Positions 11,784 through 26,152 of a stretch of DNA of 64,000 nucleotides are shown piece by piece. The DNA lies in the NCBI GenBank assembly GCA_031835245.2, contig JAVKOQ020000039.1, forward strand, positions 1 through 64,000. The letters run 5' to 3'. The position numbers and the translations under genes are program-made. Within the stretch, counting starts at the first letter, position 1, and every line of letters begins with the position of its first letter. The notes beneath the pieces are model-generated. The model saw only the letters and a program-made list of their open reading frames with translations, did not search any database and had not been told where the DNA came from. Source of the stretch: Balamuthia mandrillaris. Lineage: Eukaryota.

Positions 11784-12004
11784 TTCGTCTTCTCATTTTT
11801 TGTTACCACAGAACGGCCAACAGTTAAGGTTGTACTTCAACAATACGAACGCCATTGGGCAGTGGTACCAAGAAGGCTATATCATGGGTAACCTTCATCA
11901 ATCCGGATTGGAGCCCGATATTGGTACTCCGTCCCCCTCTCGCTCCCCATGAGACGGTCCTTCTCTTATTTTTGTCTAACTGCATGAAACAAATAAGCGA
12001 ATCG
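10289..12004 (+). pseudogene. Truncated inverted paralog of the 5' end (about six exons) of the IP3R/RyR-like gene
   Basis: Exons near-identical to 26710-28845(-), e.g. SAWYHRDDASGDKKSRAFRF, VCLGDWVVIHSASMPDQSCVSIESK, HYE.SW.RTPLTYGQTIQ and NGQQLRLYFNNTNAIGQWYQEGYIMGNLHQ. Ends abruptly 7 nt past a predicted acceptor, at the MULE terminal repeat. Confidence 0.8.
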
Positions 12005-12087
12005 GGTAAACGTCCCACCCCACAACGCTAAAAGTCCCACCCCTTCGGTAAACGTCCCACCCCTCAGGTAATTTACCCACCCTAATA
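12005..12087 (+). repeat. Left TIR of MULE, built from tandem AAAnGTCCCACCCC units
   Basis: ggtaaacgtcccaccccac...aaaagtcccacccc...aaacgtcccacccctcaggtaa aligns with the reverse complement of 15615-15697. Confidence 0.75.
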
Positions 12088-12722
12088 TGTATTTATAACA
12101 ACCTATTATTTTTGTGCTATTTTGCCACCAAAGCGTGCGCTGGCCATTATTTTAGAGAGTGGAGAAAAGGGTTCAGAAAAATCAAAAATTTATTTTTTAG
12201 GGGGCTTTTTTTTTTCGTTTTGTTCTTTTGGCCAGTCTTTTCTTTGTCACGCTGGGCACCTTTTCGTTCTGTTCTTTTTTTTGAGGAGAGAGGAGCTTCA
12301 CGACCTGTGTTTTCTGGTACCGTGGGTTGGGCTTCAGTTGTCGTTTTGGAGAGAGAGGCTGCCTTTTGTCCACTCGGGGATCCTGGTAGTTCACCACGGG
12401 TGCGACGCCATAGATCTTCCGTTTTACAGTTCTTTTGCCATTTAGAGGTACGCTTTGCTTTGCACTCTTCAAAAATGACAAAAATCAACTTCAGAAAAAG
12501 AATCTGCTTGATACAAAAAGTGACAAACATACCACTTTGCGTTTTTGTTTTTTTATTTTGTTGTTTTTTTGGTGCAGCCGCCGCCACCGCCGCTGCCTTT
12601 TTCTTTGTTGTTTCAGGTTTTGTTAAATTTGATTGAAAGGTACGTTCGGTTTCTGGTGTTTGTGTGAGGTGTTAGCTAAAAGTAGGAAAGTAGGGAGAGA
12701 TTTTGTTTAAAAAAAAGAGATA

Positions 12723-15278
12723 CTAACTTAATTCAAGCAAACATTCTTCTGTGAGTCGCAGGTTGGTTGCTACTTTCGGCCTCTTTGTTGTATTGCGTGG
12801 CCTCCCAGGTGATGACTTCCCTGTAGCATATGCGATTGCTTGTTCTGCTTCTTCCTTGCTAGAGTACTCGATTTTTGGCTCCACTGGATGTTGATGCTTT
12901 GTTCCTTGATTTTTGTATGCATTCAGTTTGTCTTTCTCCTTTTCCTTCTCCTCCTCCTCCTTCTCCTCCTTCTCCTCCTTCTCTTCTTTCTTATTGTTGT
13001 GTTCTTCTCCTTCAGAAGTTTCTTCCTCAAGATCTCCGCCGTCGTCCTCACCAAGTTCATCCATCGATGGCTCCTCCACCAGTAGCAGCGCCTGCTGTTC
13101 CTCGTCCTGTTCATCTCCCTCCTCTCCTTCCACATCTTCATCATCAAGGGTAACAGGCGCTACACGTTGCTCCAGGAGTCAGTACTATCTCGCTTCAACG
13201 ATGTCATCTTCAACTATTCTTTGCCACTTGTGAGGTGCTGCTGTTGGTGTTGTGTCTTGTTTGTCTTCTTTCAGCCCAAGCTCTGCGCTGTCTCCTGATC
13301 TGAAAATGCTTGTAGATGAGCAGCAAGTCCAAAAACGTAGTTTGCACCTCCTACCCCATAATACCGAAAGTAATGACAGGTGCATGAAGGCAATTTATAG
13401 TCACGTCGTACTCATTCCATTTGAAAACGCCGTCAGCAAGCTCTCACAAAATGTGCGTTCAATCCTTCTACCTCTCTTCTTTTTCCTCTCTGTCGTTGTT
13501 GTTGTCACTGTTTTTGCTGCCATTCTCTTATTTTTTTTTCTGTTTCTCACTCTGTTGGTGCTGTGCCAGCCGCAATCCCTCTTGATATCTCCTCCACAGC
13601 CGGCGAACACCACGGCTTGGGCGTTGCTGTTGCACGTTGATGCGGTTGAGCTCTACATTGTAGCGCCGAAACACATTGTCTGCTAACGTTAAGACCAAGT
13701 TGTGGTCCCCTTTGGTGCCCTTGCAGTGGAAATCACGGAGAACACTCCGAAAGATAGTCTCTGTTGCATTGTTGGTATTCCACAAGCCCTCTCGGTGCCC
13801 CGGACGACCAATGCTTTTCCACGTTGATGCCCATGGAGGAGAAAGCCAGTTCTTGTCAAAGTACTTCCAGAAACGGGTAATCCTCTTTTTTTGGCAATAG
13901 TTCTGCAACACCTTGGTTGCTTCTTCCTCTGCTTCTTCTGTCATGGCGTGTTGCAGTCTTTTTAATAAACCCAACACACTTCCATCATCCTTCCCTTGTT
14001 GTTTGGTATTATTGTTAGTTTCTACTTGTATGAACAATGAGAGCAAGAGAGCAGATGCATGCATGAAAGAGAGAACAAACCATACTGTGCAACTTTTTTT
14101 CTCCACAGTTGTTGCGTATGAAAGTCGCACAACAACACCTGAAAGCCAGCGCTTGTCGCCCCGTTGCGCTCCACCTTGTCTTTGTCGATCATTACAAAGG
14201 GTTGCCACGTAGTGTTCGGGGAGTAGATCGTTGTGGTCTGTGTCTCAAAAAAGTGACGAACGGACGAAAGAAAAAAGCGCACAACTGCAGCTCGTTCCTT
14301 GCTAGCAACAGCGAAGGCAACAGGCCAGCTCCGTCCCAAGTCATCTTGCACCACCAGTGCCCAAACAGGATGATGTGACTTGGATAGCTTGTAGATGCTG
14401 TCCAGGCCGACTACATCCTTACCCCATCGCTGAAGCACAGTGACTGCATAAGGCGCGATCAGAAAAATCATCCATGGCCGATGGGCTGCAGTGCGATCAA
14501 GGATGTACGTTTCACGGCTCTCCAAAGGTGGAAAAAGGATAGTGGAAGCCAGCTCGGGTCGATTCAAGGCCTCTTGGAGGGCTTCTGCTCTGGTTTGGCC
14601 TTTCTTGCCGATTCGCAGTTTTTTCCTTCCGTTGTGGATTACGGTGGCAATCTCCTGCACAGTTGGTACATCACGAGCATCCTTGACCAGCTCGCAAGCG
14701 CCCCCCAGCAACAGTTGTTGCAGCTCATGCGCCGTCATTGCTCCTCCCCTCCCTTTCATCCCGTCTTCTTTTGCTCCTTGCCCATCCATCTGGCGGAGCC
14801 ACTGTCGAAGCGCAGGCGTCATAGGCATTGCAGAAGGCGCACAAAACCCAGGTCCGTGGCTTTGGGCTTCCTTCTGGATGTAGATGTAGGCAGTGTTTAG
14901 CTCGTCTCTAAACACCACCCAACGGCTTTGCACTCCACAGTCCTTTATTTTTTTGTTTTTCTTTCTGCTTGGAGGAGCACAGGCAAAGCCGCCAGAGCCG
15001 TGAAGATTCTCGCTGAGTGCAACCTCAAGGACTCCATTCTTCGCCTTCTTGACTGTTGGTGCCACCAACACTTTCACTCCTTCAAGGGTGGTGCGAGGAT
15101 TACTAAGCACCTTCACTCCTGTTCGCTTTGTAAGCCCACGAGTTGATCTCCATTGGACTCGATAGAAGGTCGGAGCATCCTCTCCTCCATTGTACAACCT
15201 TGAAAGCTGCTGCAATGGAACTGTTCTTTCAAAAATCCAACCGTAAATCTCTGCAAATCTTTTTTTCTTCTCTTCCAT
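12723..15278 (-). pseudogene. MULE transposase, one intron, disrupted 3' half (broken SWIM finger, acidic tail with AT-hook-like GRPR)
   Basis: VVGLDSIYKL...PVAFAV...FVMIDKD...LLCDFH (MULE domain), YFDKNWL and TNNATE (catalytic E). Stop at ~13528, then SWIM-like SCTCHYF..RCK pieces scattered over different frames (~13340-13420). Confidence 0.75.
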
Positions 15279-15614
15279 AATGAAAAAAAAAAAAGGAAAA
15301 AACAAAAACAAAAGCCAAACAAACAAAATAGGTGTGTGATGGTCGTGTTGTGTCACTGTTTCTGGTTAAAAGAAAAAAGAAAGAGAAGACCTTGTCACAC
15401 AACGCAAGAAAAAATAACGGTAACTTTAAAAAAAAAAGGCGGGAACAAAAAGAAAAGTATGTTGGGCACATCGGTGAGGAGGAATAACTGCTGACCAAGG
15501 ATACAGCATGCTTTCAATTCCTGACAGTTTTTTTACAACGGTTATTCCGCTCGCCAAGCAAAGAGAAACACAGTAGCAATGTAACGATAGAGTTACTCAT
15601 AATTCATGTCACCC

Positions 15615-15697
15615 TAATAGGTTGGGACTTTTACCTGAGGGGTGGAATTTTTATAGGTGGGGTGGGAAGTTTATGGTCGTGGGGTGGGATATCTACC
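15615..15697 (-). repeat. Right TIR of MULE
   Basis: Reverse complement reads ggtagatatcccaccccac...aaacttcccacccc...aattccacccctcaggtaaaagtcccaac. Confidence 0.75.
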
Positions 15698-15786
15698 ATT
15701 TTTGCCCAAAAAGGTGTATTACAAAAGGGACTAACAAACGTTATGGGACAACGAATGGTGCCATTTTTTTTCTTCCGCTCTTCTCT

Positions 15787-18258
15787 TTAATCGTCTTCAT
15801 CTCCATCGTCATCTCCATCGTCATCGCCTCCATCTGCTTCGTTAGCGTCCACTTCCTCCAAGAATTGAGAACGCTCCAATGGGAATATGCTCAGCAGATC
15901 CTGTTCCGTCATGTTGTTGATCCGTTTCAGCAGCTCCCACTCCAAATGAGTCCACTTGATCTTCTTCTCCACTGTCGAGATGTGAGCACCCACTTTGGTT
16001 TTGTTAATTCCTTCCTTCTTCTCTGCTGACCCTTTCTCCTCGTTGTATCGCTCTTGTTTGTGCTTGAGGTAGGCGAAGAAGTAGAGATAGTAAAAGAAGT
16101 TGTGTTCACTGTGAATGTGGCTCTGATAAACTATAAAGAGAATGGCTAAAGTGAGTTGGAATGGTAACAGTATAACAGGAAAGAGAGAAACAAACCTTCA
16201 CGTCCGCCAAGCTTCTGGAATCGTTCTCGAGGCAAAGAACAAATCATGCATGAGTTCTCCAATGCTGTCGAGTATTCCCCATCTCTGTCACGAAACTCTG
16301 TTGTGGTTTGCGTTGTTCAGTGCGTTTCAGTGGCGACAACTGGAAAATGAGAAGGACAATACCGCCAAACGTGTCAACGATGATGGCGAGGATGATGTTC
16401 AACAACACAAGCCCCACCACAATCCAAAAGATCAAGAAGAATGCCACCACGCCTATTCTGTAAGACCATGCATCGCCATTCTCATAGTTGGCCAAACTGT
16501 CCAATAGCCCTCCACCACCCGTTATGCTATTCAGAACAAGGGAATTAACACAGAAAACAGAAATGGGAGAAGCAATAGAAGACAACGAAAAACAAGAACT
16601 AGAGAAACAGGAGAAAGGAAATAAAACCCGTAGTTGAGATTTGCCAAAAGACAGTCTGCCACACTGCTGCAGTAGCTCTCTCCTTGGTCGTCATCATACA
16701 GGGATCGAAGCAGCAAGAACGCAATCACTGCAGCCGCATACAAACAAGGAACCAACAATGCAGCCTGCCACCATCATGCTTTGTCAACATTCGAAGAAAC
16801 CAACAAAACAACAAAACACAAAGAAAGAAAAGAACGAACCAGAAGAATGATCTTGGGAACGGAAGGTCGGAAGGACCACAACAAGGATCGAATCTGAGCA
16901 CTCAACACAAGCACCGAAAACAAGTTCAGACAAAACCAATAGGGCCAATGCACCGTCCCAAGAATGGAGGCTGCCAGGTAGAGAGTGTAGTAGAGCACGT
17001 GCGGCTCCGTGATCAGCATGCGCAAGGAATACAGCATGTATCCTGGGTATGACTTCTCTTGTATCACTTTTGCCTTTTTGGTTTCGTCATCACGTACAAA
17101 CGAAAGAAGAAGGGTTAGCAAGAACGAGAGAATGGAAGAACGAAAGGAAATATAACAACAAAGGGAAAGCACATACCATTCGTTCTTTTTCTGTTGCAAG
17201 GAGACCTGCCTTCAATTCCTCTAGCTTGGAGAATCTACATTTGTATTCATTGTTGGAACACCGAATGGGTTAGAATTCAACCAGAAATAACGTGACGAAG
17301 AAGAAAAAAAGAAAACAGCAATGTAAAGAAGAGAAAGGACGAAAGGAAGAGGACATACTTGCTCAAGATGATCACTTTGAAGTCTTTCAGCAACAAAGAA
17401 GCATACATCAAACCAGCAAGCAGCGTGTGGCAGATGCCCAATGCCAATATCACCCCTTCCCCCCATCCATACCTCCAATCATCCTCATAGCCAGTGAACG
17501 TCACCAGAAGGATCACATTGATGACGATGGCCAACAGCGTGGCTGGAATCTCGAACTTGCTTTTCTTGGCGACGAAACGGCGCCAGTTTTGGTTGACCTT
17601 CTCTTCTCGCTCGATTTCGATCAGCATGTGTTCAGCCCAGTCCACAAAGGCAACTGCTCTGTCTGTTGGTTTCTTCCACAGATCTCCTTCGTTTTCTGTT
17701 GTCGTTGTTTGGTTTTGTGGCTGTCATGAGAAAGAGAACCAAAAGAGAACAAACAACTCCAAAAAGTTCAAAACGAACGGGGAAAAAGGAGGAGAAAAGA
17801 AAGAGGTACCAAAGACAAAAGTTTTTTGCAGCTTTTCTTTGGCATGTTCTCTCTGATTGAGATTGGTTTCAATGTTCCAACAGCTTCTTGGGATTGGGAA
17901 GTAAATGGTTTGGATCTCTGGTTTGTTGATACGTTCATCTGCGTGGTCCTTCAGGACTTCTATATTGCCTGCGAATCAAGAATAAAACAGGGAATGAGGA
18001 GAAAGAAGAAAGGAAAGGAGGGTCAAAGAACAAGAGGGGTAAAAGAAGAAGAAAAGGTACCAATAGGAATGTAGCCATCATGCTTTTCGAGGTGGGATTG
18101 CATCACATGGTACTGGCGATAGCTCGTCACGCTGGAAAAGATCTTCAACAGCGTGAAAAACTGTACTTTCACTCGGTAGGCTGTTTTTGTGAATACCTCA
18201 TCTGTGGTGCACATCATCGTCAACGGAAGAATAAAGAAGAATACGAGCAGAAAGAGAG

Positions 18259-18296
<38 letters not shown>

Positions 18297-21200
18297 CAAA
18301 AAGGGGTCATATACTTACAATCAACGGCACGAGGACCTCGGAAAAACAAATTCTTCAGTGACCAAAGAAAAGGAGTGCTTCCCGTCGGCCTCACCATCCC
18401 ATCCGGAAAGAATAACTCATACACAAAGTTGACTTTCCACGTGTTTCGATAACGCAACGTCTCAGGATCCGTCTCGTTGTCTTCCGGCAGTTGCGCTTCC
18501 AGCACGTTGTGGTACACTCCTGTTTTGAACCCTTGTTGCATTGCGCTTTGTGCCCCTTCTGCGTTTTCTCCGGCTTCACCGCTTCCGCCTATTACCGTGC
18601 CCCAGGAAGGATCGAGTAACATGGAGTTTTCGTCTTGGAACTCTATCATTTTGAAAGCGAGGCGAGAGGCGAGATAATTGGCAGCTTCTGTGTTGGGATT
18701 GCCTTCCACCAAGGAAAGTAACAATGTCAGCACGTGTTCCTGTTTTGTAATGTTTGAAGGAAGTGGGCAATGCATCGTTGGTAACATGTTCAGAGAGAAA
18801 GAGAGAGGAAAGAAAGGGAGCGGAGACGACGAAGAAGTTCAACAAGCAAACAACGAAGATAAACAAGTATAGGAAGACTTACAATGAGGTCAGTTCCTTT
18901 CAACATATCTACACCATAGCCCAACTGATTATAAAAGCTGGGCTGAAAGAAGAGATTGGCAGCGGTGTGCACCTGCTCGAACACAATGCAATTGCGGTTC
19001 ACCTGATTGGCCTCCGCAAATGCTGTCAATGTCTTCAACACCTGCTTCACCAAGGAAATGTTGTGATTGGAAAGCAATGGTGCCAGCTTCTTCAACAGAT
19101 GCACCGTCAAACTGACCAGATTGACTGAAGTGTTGTTGCTGCCCCTGGTCTCTTCCTGGTGACGATGATGTTGTTCTCTCATGTAATCCTGAACTGCCCT
19201 TTGTGCTGCCATTTCCTCCATCTTTTCTGTCTTTCTATTTTTGTTGTAAGCGCCGTTGAAGTCATCGTTTTGAGAACTTTTGCGAGTGCAAAGCTCTTCC
19301 AACAAACCCAACACATTCTTCAAACATCCCGATCGAAAGTATCGACCCACCCAATCTGAACCCGCCACCCCGCTCATTCTCTGCAGTTCCGCACAACCCC
19401 GCTCGATCAGAGCCTTCATGTCTTGCACGAAACTGGAGTTGCTGTTCATGTACACACTCATCATGTACTGTCGAATGGTGAACCGTCTCTTGGCTGTTCG
19501 TTGGGCTGGCTCTTGTGGCTGCCGACGTATCTTCTTCTCGATTCGTTGCTTCGTCTGTTGTGCCTTCTCCACTGCACCACTAAGATAAATCTTTTCTTGT
19601 TGTTGATCGTCATCTTCCTCATGTTCATCATCAGATTCATCGCCATCGTTGTCCAGCTCGCTGGATTCAGCAGTGGTGATGAGAGAACGAAGAAACTTGG
19701 CTGCTTGGGTGACGATGTCGGGATCACCACACCCCAACAGAGGAAAGACCACCAGGACGGCATCGCTGATGATGGCTCTGTCCTCCAGGTCCTCCCAGTT
19801 CAGTTTGTAGGTGCGAAGGAAGCGAAGATACAGCGCATGTGGATGTTCGTCCATATCTCTCTGATTCCTCCTGATCAAGGGTTTGAGCAACAGATCGGTG
19901 TTATTGTTGTTGTTGTTGGAGACATTGCTGGAGAAGGAGTAAGAGGAGGCGGCAGGTTTGTTGCAGAGTTGGTAGATGAGAAGGTTCTTGATGGTGGTGG
20001 GGCTCATGGAGGTGAAGGCCAACACTTCTTTGAAGGGATTCACGTCTAAGCTCAACTCCTTGCGTGCATCATACCACATTTGCTGGGAGATATGAATGAG
20101 AGATGTTTTGGACAACGGGTTACGAAGAATGTTTCGCAAATCGCCTTCCATGAATTCTCGAATGAGAAGAGTGCCATAAGAGCTATCGGCACCTATCAGT
20201 GCTCGTAGTTGCCAAATAAAACCATAGGCTTGAGTCTCATTGGCCACTTCAAGTTGTTCAACGTTGTGTGCTAATTGCTGCTGCTGTTGTTGTTGTTGCT
20301 GTTGTTGTGACGTTGGTGGTTCGTGAAGCGATTGTCCGTCATCTTCATTTACTTCTTGGTCTTCGTCATCGCTCTCGTCTGTCTGATCTTTGGTCTGTGC
20401 GTTTCGTCCGTCAACCATCATCAACTCCCATATTCCCACTGCTTCTAGTTCATTCCACACGTTTTCTCTTTTCAACACGTCCAGAAAGGCCAGCGCGCTG
20501 TGAAACACTCGGTACAATCTAGAAAGACGAGAGTCGTTGTTTACAGCTTCGATGGTTGGAGGTGCTGTTGCATTAAGAGGGTTGATTTTGGCATTCAAGA
20601 GATGGAGGAGCAACAAGGTTTGATGGTAGAACTTTCTTGCCATGAAAAATGCTGCTTCTTCATATCTGATAACAGAAGCTTCGTTATGCAAAGGAAGACA
20701 GCCAAACATTGCAGAAGAAAGAAATGGAGAAGAAGAGCAAGAACAAGCACAACAACAAGGAGAGAGAAATCGTACTCGAATGCAGTTGTGAAAAAGGTTG
20801 TGCCACAGGAGTTCATTGCCAACTGTAGTAATCATGCAAAGATCATCAGTGGAAAGAAAGGAAGGAAGGTGGTAGTCAGGATGATGGCAAGAGGAACTAC
20901 AAAAAGAAAACAAACAAAGCAAGAAGACAAAAAAGCAAAAAAAGGAAGAGAAGCAGTGGGAAGCCAAGAATACCTTCCAATCCTGCTTCTCAAAGTCTGG
21001 AGTCAGCTTCAATGGACTGAAACTCCCACTGTACAGGTGAGTCAGGGAGGTCAGCAAATACAGAATGTACTTGATGCTTGTCTTGTCCATCTTCCCAAAC
21101 TCTTCCACTCTGCTTCCTTTCTTTTCTTCTTCTCCTTCTTCTCCTTCATCCCCCGCTTTCTCTTTCTGCTTCTCCTCATTCCCACTCTGTGATTTGGCGA

Positions 21201-23986
21201 CTCGCCGGATCATCGACTCTTCAAACTGCTTCTCTTCTTCGGCCAACTCTTTTTCGAACCGATCCGCCGAATCGCTGCCACAAAAGCAAACCAGCTCCTC
21301 CGCCGCTTTGCTCAAGAACAAGAACAGCAAAGGCCACCACTCATCCACCGGTTGCTCCAAGCTCGGCACCATGTCTTCCTCCGTGTTGAGGTAGACTTCG
21401 TCCAAAAAGTACACGTACGTGGCTTTCTCTTTGTAGTTGGTCTTGCTCATGGCTGCCAGCCTCTCCAGACAGCTTCGAAAGCTCATGCAGCGTTGGCACA
21501 TGGCCTCAGCCAAGAAGTTTTGAGCGTCTGCGCATTTGCCCAACAGCTTCAGAAGAAGAACTTGTCGCGAATCCTGCCCCGGAGACACTGCCTGCTTGTT
21601 GCTGCTGCTGCTGCTGCCGCCGGCGGCGGCACTGCTGCTGGTGTTGGAGTTGAGGGTTTTGTTGGTGAAGATGGAGTTGAGGCCTTCCATGTCCAAAAGT
21701 TTGACGATGAGGTTTTGGTTTTGCACGACGGGAGGACCTGCCTTGTACGGGCGGATCAAAGTCTGGTTATGGGAACAAAGAAGGAGAATGAGGTTAGAAT
21801 ACAAAGAGAATAAGAATGAATACAAAAAGCCAAAATATCATGAAAGAATGCACGCTAGAGAGGAGAGAAGCGAACCATTAAAATCTTGGCAGCGTGTTTG
21901 GCTTCGTTGTGAGAATGGCCGTGGATGAACAACTCGATCAACTTTCGAACCATCAACACTCGGACTCTCATACAAAGGTATCTTGCTCCTTTGAAAAGAT
22001 GACAGATCAAGAGAACAACCTTCTTCCCGACCTCTGGCTTTTTCAGCAAATGAAGCGCCTTGCTGAGTTCCGTAAAACTGGAGAGTTTGACCGTTTTATT
22101 TGCCATCAGCTGGGTTGCAAACAAAAAATTAGCCATGCATTTGAAATAACATTACACTGAGAATACATTGCTGATAGATAAAAGTGGAAGACAAAACGAA
22201 AAAAATGACGAAGAAGAACGAGAAACCGCAGGAAGAAGGAGAAAAAGAGAGAGGTATAGAATACACGAATTAAGATGCTACAGGAAAGCATCAAAAGTTC
22301 GTTGCTCTGACGCCAAGGATGAGTGATAAGCGGCAACAAATAAGCCTCCAAATGCATTTCCGCATACACTTTAACGAAAAACCTTCTGCTGTCTTTGAAA
22401 GTAATCAAAAAAATTTGGCATAGAAGAACACAAACGCAAAGCAAAGAAGGCAATACCATCGTCGACATCAGAAAGGCGTTTGAGAATTTTGGATAAACTG
22501 GCAGAGTCTCGCAAGTATTCCAGCCTTTTGATGTCTTTTCTTGCTTTCTGCAGACGTCGCACGTCGTTTGCTGGAAAGAAGAATGTGATCTTTTCCACTT
22601 GTTCTTGAATCGCTGCCCAAAACCTGTGTATTATGCGAAACGATTGCATGAGATACTTCGCGAACATAACAAGAACTGAAAGAATAACGCATTAAGAAGA
22701 AAATGCCTACCGATGGTTGCTTCTCAAAATGCCAGCGGCTTGTTTCGTCAATGAAGGCACCATCTTCTTCATGATTCGCAGCATCGCCTCATCCAAATCC
22801 ACTTTCAGCCTTTGAGTATGCTGGTATTGCAGGACTTCCCTTCGCAACTGGCCCATGATGCCAGAGGGATCCCTCGATTCAATGGCCAATTGCCTGCACT
22901 TGCAATACAACATCAACCGCCAGCTGTGCTTCAATGCTTGCGTCATTCCTTCCCACGCTCCCGCTGAAGAACTCCCTGCTGCACCCGGAGAAAAGGAAGA
23001 AAAGAAAATGTTCTCGTGCTCCTCCGGCTTGACCTGATCGGGGAGCTTTTGGAAGAAGTTCACATCGAACAGAGCCAGCTTGTTTTGGTCTTGCGAGTAC
23101 AGCTCAGAGCGAATGACCTGGCACATCATTCGTTTCAGTTCGGTGCGCTGGCAAATGTCCATCATGTCGGAGATGAGCTTCAAGATGGTGGAGAGCACTC
23201 CTTGCCATTCCTTCTGCTCTTCCGCTGCGATGTCTCGGTCCAGCTGAAGGATGAGCAGCAGGTGGAACAGCATGGATGGAGCCTTGCTCCCATCTTTCAG
23301 GTGCAGCCGCTTGAACCGAAACGGCTCATCTGTTTCAACGGATGTTTGGTTCAGCTACGCTTCTGCCCGTCCCTTCTGTGCTGTGTGCCGTTGCAGGAAG
23401 AAAACAAACCTTTTTCAGAGGCCATCTCTTGCATCGCGAACCCATCTTCTTGTTCCTCCGTTGGGTCCTCCGCCTGCTTCTCTGCTGACAGATGCAAGGG
23501 AAGCGGGTAGATGGCATCCTCTTCCGTCAACAGCTGATAACTCAACAACAAATGCACCACGGACAACAACTTCACACACCCACCCCAATCCAACGCTCGT
23601 TAGATGGGAACGGGCAAACGAGGCATCAAAGGAGAAGGAGAGGAGCAAAAAATGGAGGGAGGGCTCACCTCACGAAGAGCTCGTTTGTCAGAATAAGGAT
23701 CTTGCAACGATTTCTGTGCTGCTCCCCCACCCCCACCTCCAACACCACCCCCACCTCCACCTTGGTTGGCTTCCACCATGAGATGCAGTTCTTCCATGAT
23801 GAGGGTGTAGATCTGTTGCAGGTTCTCAAACTCTTCCTCCAGCACCGCCCCACTGTCCTTTCTCATGGCAAACAGCTCTGACAGCACTCGCCTTGTGGGA
23901 TCCTTCACCTCTGCTTCCTCTTCTGCGTATGGCGCCTTTTCATGCAGTCCGTGGAAAAAGAGCAGAGAGAGAGAGAGGAGAGAGAG

Positions 23987-24032
<46 letters not shown>

Positions 24033-26119
24033 GCCAGAGAAAGAGAGCATGTCAGTCCGGGAAAGCACCAACTCGCAAACAAAAAAAAAGAAGATAAAAT
24101 AATAATACCAAAGCAAAGATGGATTCCTGATTGTAGGGAAGTGGAAAGCGATGAAGAAAAGAGAAGATCGTGCTCCTGCACAGGGTGGCGATGATGGGCT
24201 TCATGTGTTGGGGTTGTTCATGCGCCAGTTCCACCAGATTGACCTCCAACAACGGGTTCAAGCAAGTCTTGATGAGCTTTCCCAATTCTTGTTTGCTCAT
24301 CTCTTCTTTTTCTTTTGCTTTTGCTTTTGCTTTTGCGTCCTCTTCAACTTCGGCTTCATCTTCATCGTCATCTTTTGTTTGTTTTTCCTTTTCTTCTTCT
24401 TCTCGTTCTATAGCACTGAAGAGAGATACTGCAGGTTTGTAAAGTTCGGCGAGAAGGTGAGAGAGAGCATTGAAATAGTGATACACCCGTTGATCTTTCA
24501 TTTTTTTCCACGAAGTGGAGATATCGACCGCTTTTGCTTTCTTGCCGCCATTGTTTGGCATCGTCACATACACGTGGTTGCTCTTGACCTTCGGTTTGGA
24601 AGGCATTGCAATTACAACAAACAAACGCAAATCATACAAGTTATTGCTGGAAAGAATACAAAAGAAGACGAACTAGAAGCACGCACAAGAACATGCAGAA
24701 AGAAAAAAAAATAGCAAACCTTGACAGAAACAAGAATGTAGTCAGCAGCATTAGCAAGGTGACGAATTATCATTCTCTGATACAAAGGTAAGAGCGGAGT
24801 AGCGTCCAAAAATGTGGAAAGCACCTCAAAATGTGCACTCCTGTGATTAAAACGTAACGTTAAACCAATCCTAAGAAAGGAACCAAAGGAAAGATAGAAG
24901 AAAAGAAGGAAGAATAAAACTTGCCCGAATGAAAGTTTGGTTTCTAAATCAGCACCAGCCAGAGCACCAACCAACATGCTGATGCAGGCATTCGCGCTCC
25001 TTCGAAAAGTCGCGTATCTCATCAATGGCCCACGGACGAACATGGTGCTCAATGTTTTGGAAATGACGCCCACGCGCAGCACTGGCTCGTTCATTGTTGG
25101 TCCATTCAACAAAAGGTTGTTTACCTACAGTTAAATGCAATTTAGTAGGTTGTGTCATTTTTGATAACTAGTACCAGCATTTGGTTTCTACAAACCTGAG
25201 AAGCAATAACCGATCTCAAAGACTCGCCTAAGTCAACCAAAATTATACGTGTGGCTTGGTTAGAGGCAGCAGAGCAATAGTCCAACAATCTGAAGAGATC
25301 TTGAAAGATTCTTGCTTTGCTGTTGGCCACCTCCTCTTTCTTCAACTTCTTTGCACTTGCCCCAACAATGCTCAACAGCCGCACAAATTGTTCCAAGATC
25401 TGTGTGTATGAGGTAAAATGGGTATCGCCGAATGAGCATTGCGTTTCATTTGAGAGAGAGAAGAGAGAAGAGTAACCGGTTTGTCACAAAGAATTTTGCG
25501 ATAACTGTGAACTGAAGAGTCCGCGCTGGCGCATGCGCCACAAAGCCGAAGCAACTTGGCAATCGCTTTGCCCAAGATGTCTTGACTTTCCTTCTTCATT
25601 TTCTTTTTCCCTTGACACTTGGTCATGCACACGGTTTTAGCATAGCGATAAGGAACCAAAAGAAAGGAAAAGAGAGGTCAAACCTGGTTTTCGATTGCGG
25701 TCAATTCAGACAAAATGTTGCGAATGTTGCTGAGCACCCGCAACTCTATTTCTGGAACCGCTTTGAGTTCCAGCGCATCAGCTGAACCCTTTCTCGGGTG
25801 TAACGAAATCTTAAGAGAGGAAGAAGAGAGAAGAGAGAAGAGAGAGAGAACAAGGGGTCATGCCATATTCTTTAGAGCTACAAAGATCAAGAAACATACC
25901 GGTTGATAGGGAAGATATGAGCGAAGTTCTTCACTCGCGTCTTCTGTTTCTCTGAAGAACGATTTGCAATGCAGCCATAGACCTTGTGTGGACTTCAAGT
26001 GAAGTTTTACTCCAAATGTAACGTTTGGCTGAGTAGCTGCCCCATCCTGTTCATTATTTCTTAGCGCACAATAAAGAAGAGAAGAAGAAAAGGAGGCGGA
26101 GGAGAGAGAGGAGAGAGAG

Positions 26120-26152
<33 letters not shown>

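Larger units (their letters stand above)
12005..15697 (-). mobile_element. Mutator-like (MULE) DNA transposon, decayed
   Basis: Imperfect ~85-bp terminal inverted repeats (12005-12087 / 15615-15697) flank a transposase with MULE DDE motifs. No matching target-site duplication. Confidence 0.8.

Noticed and set aside
12005..12087. CRISPR-like short repeats
   Set aside because: Only 3-4 closely spaced units with no spacers of proper length and no cas genes; explained as internal repeats of a transposon TIR.
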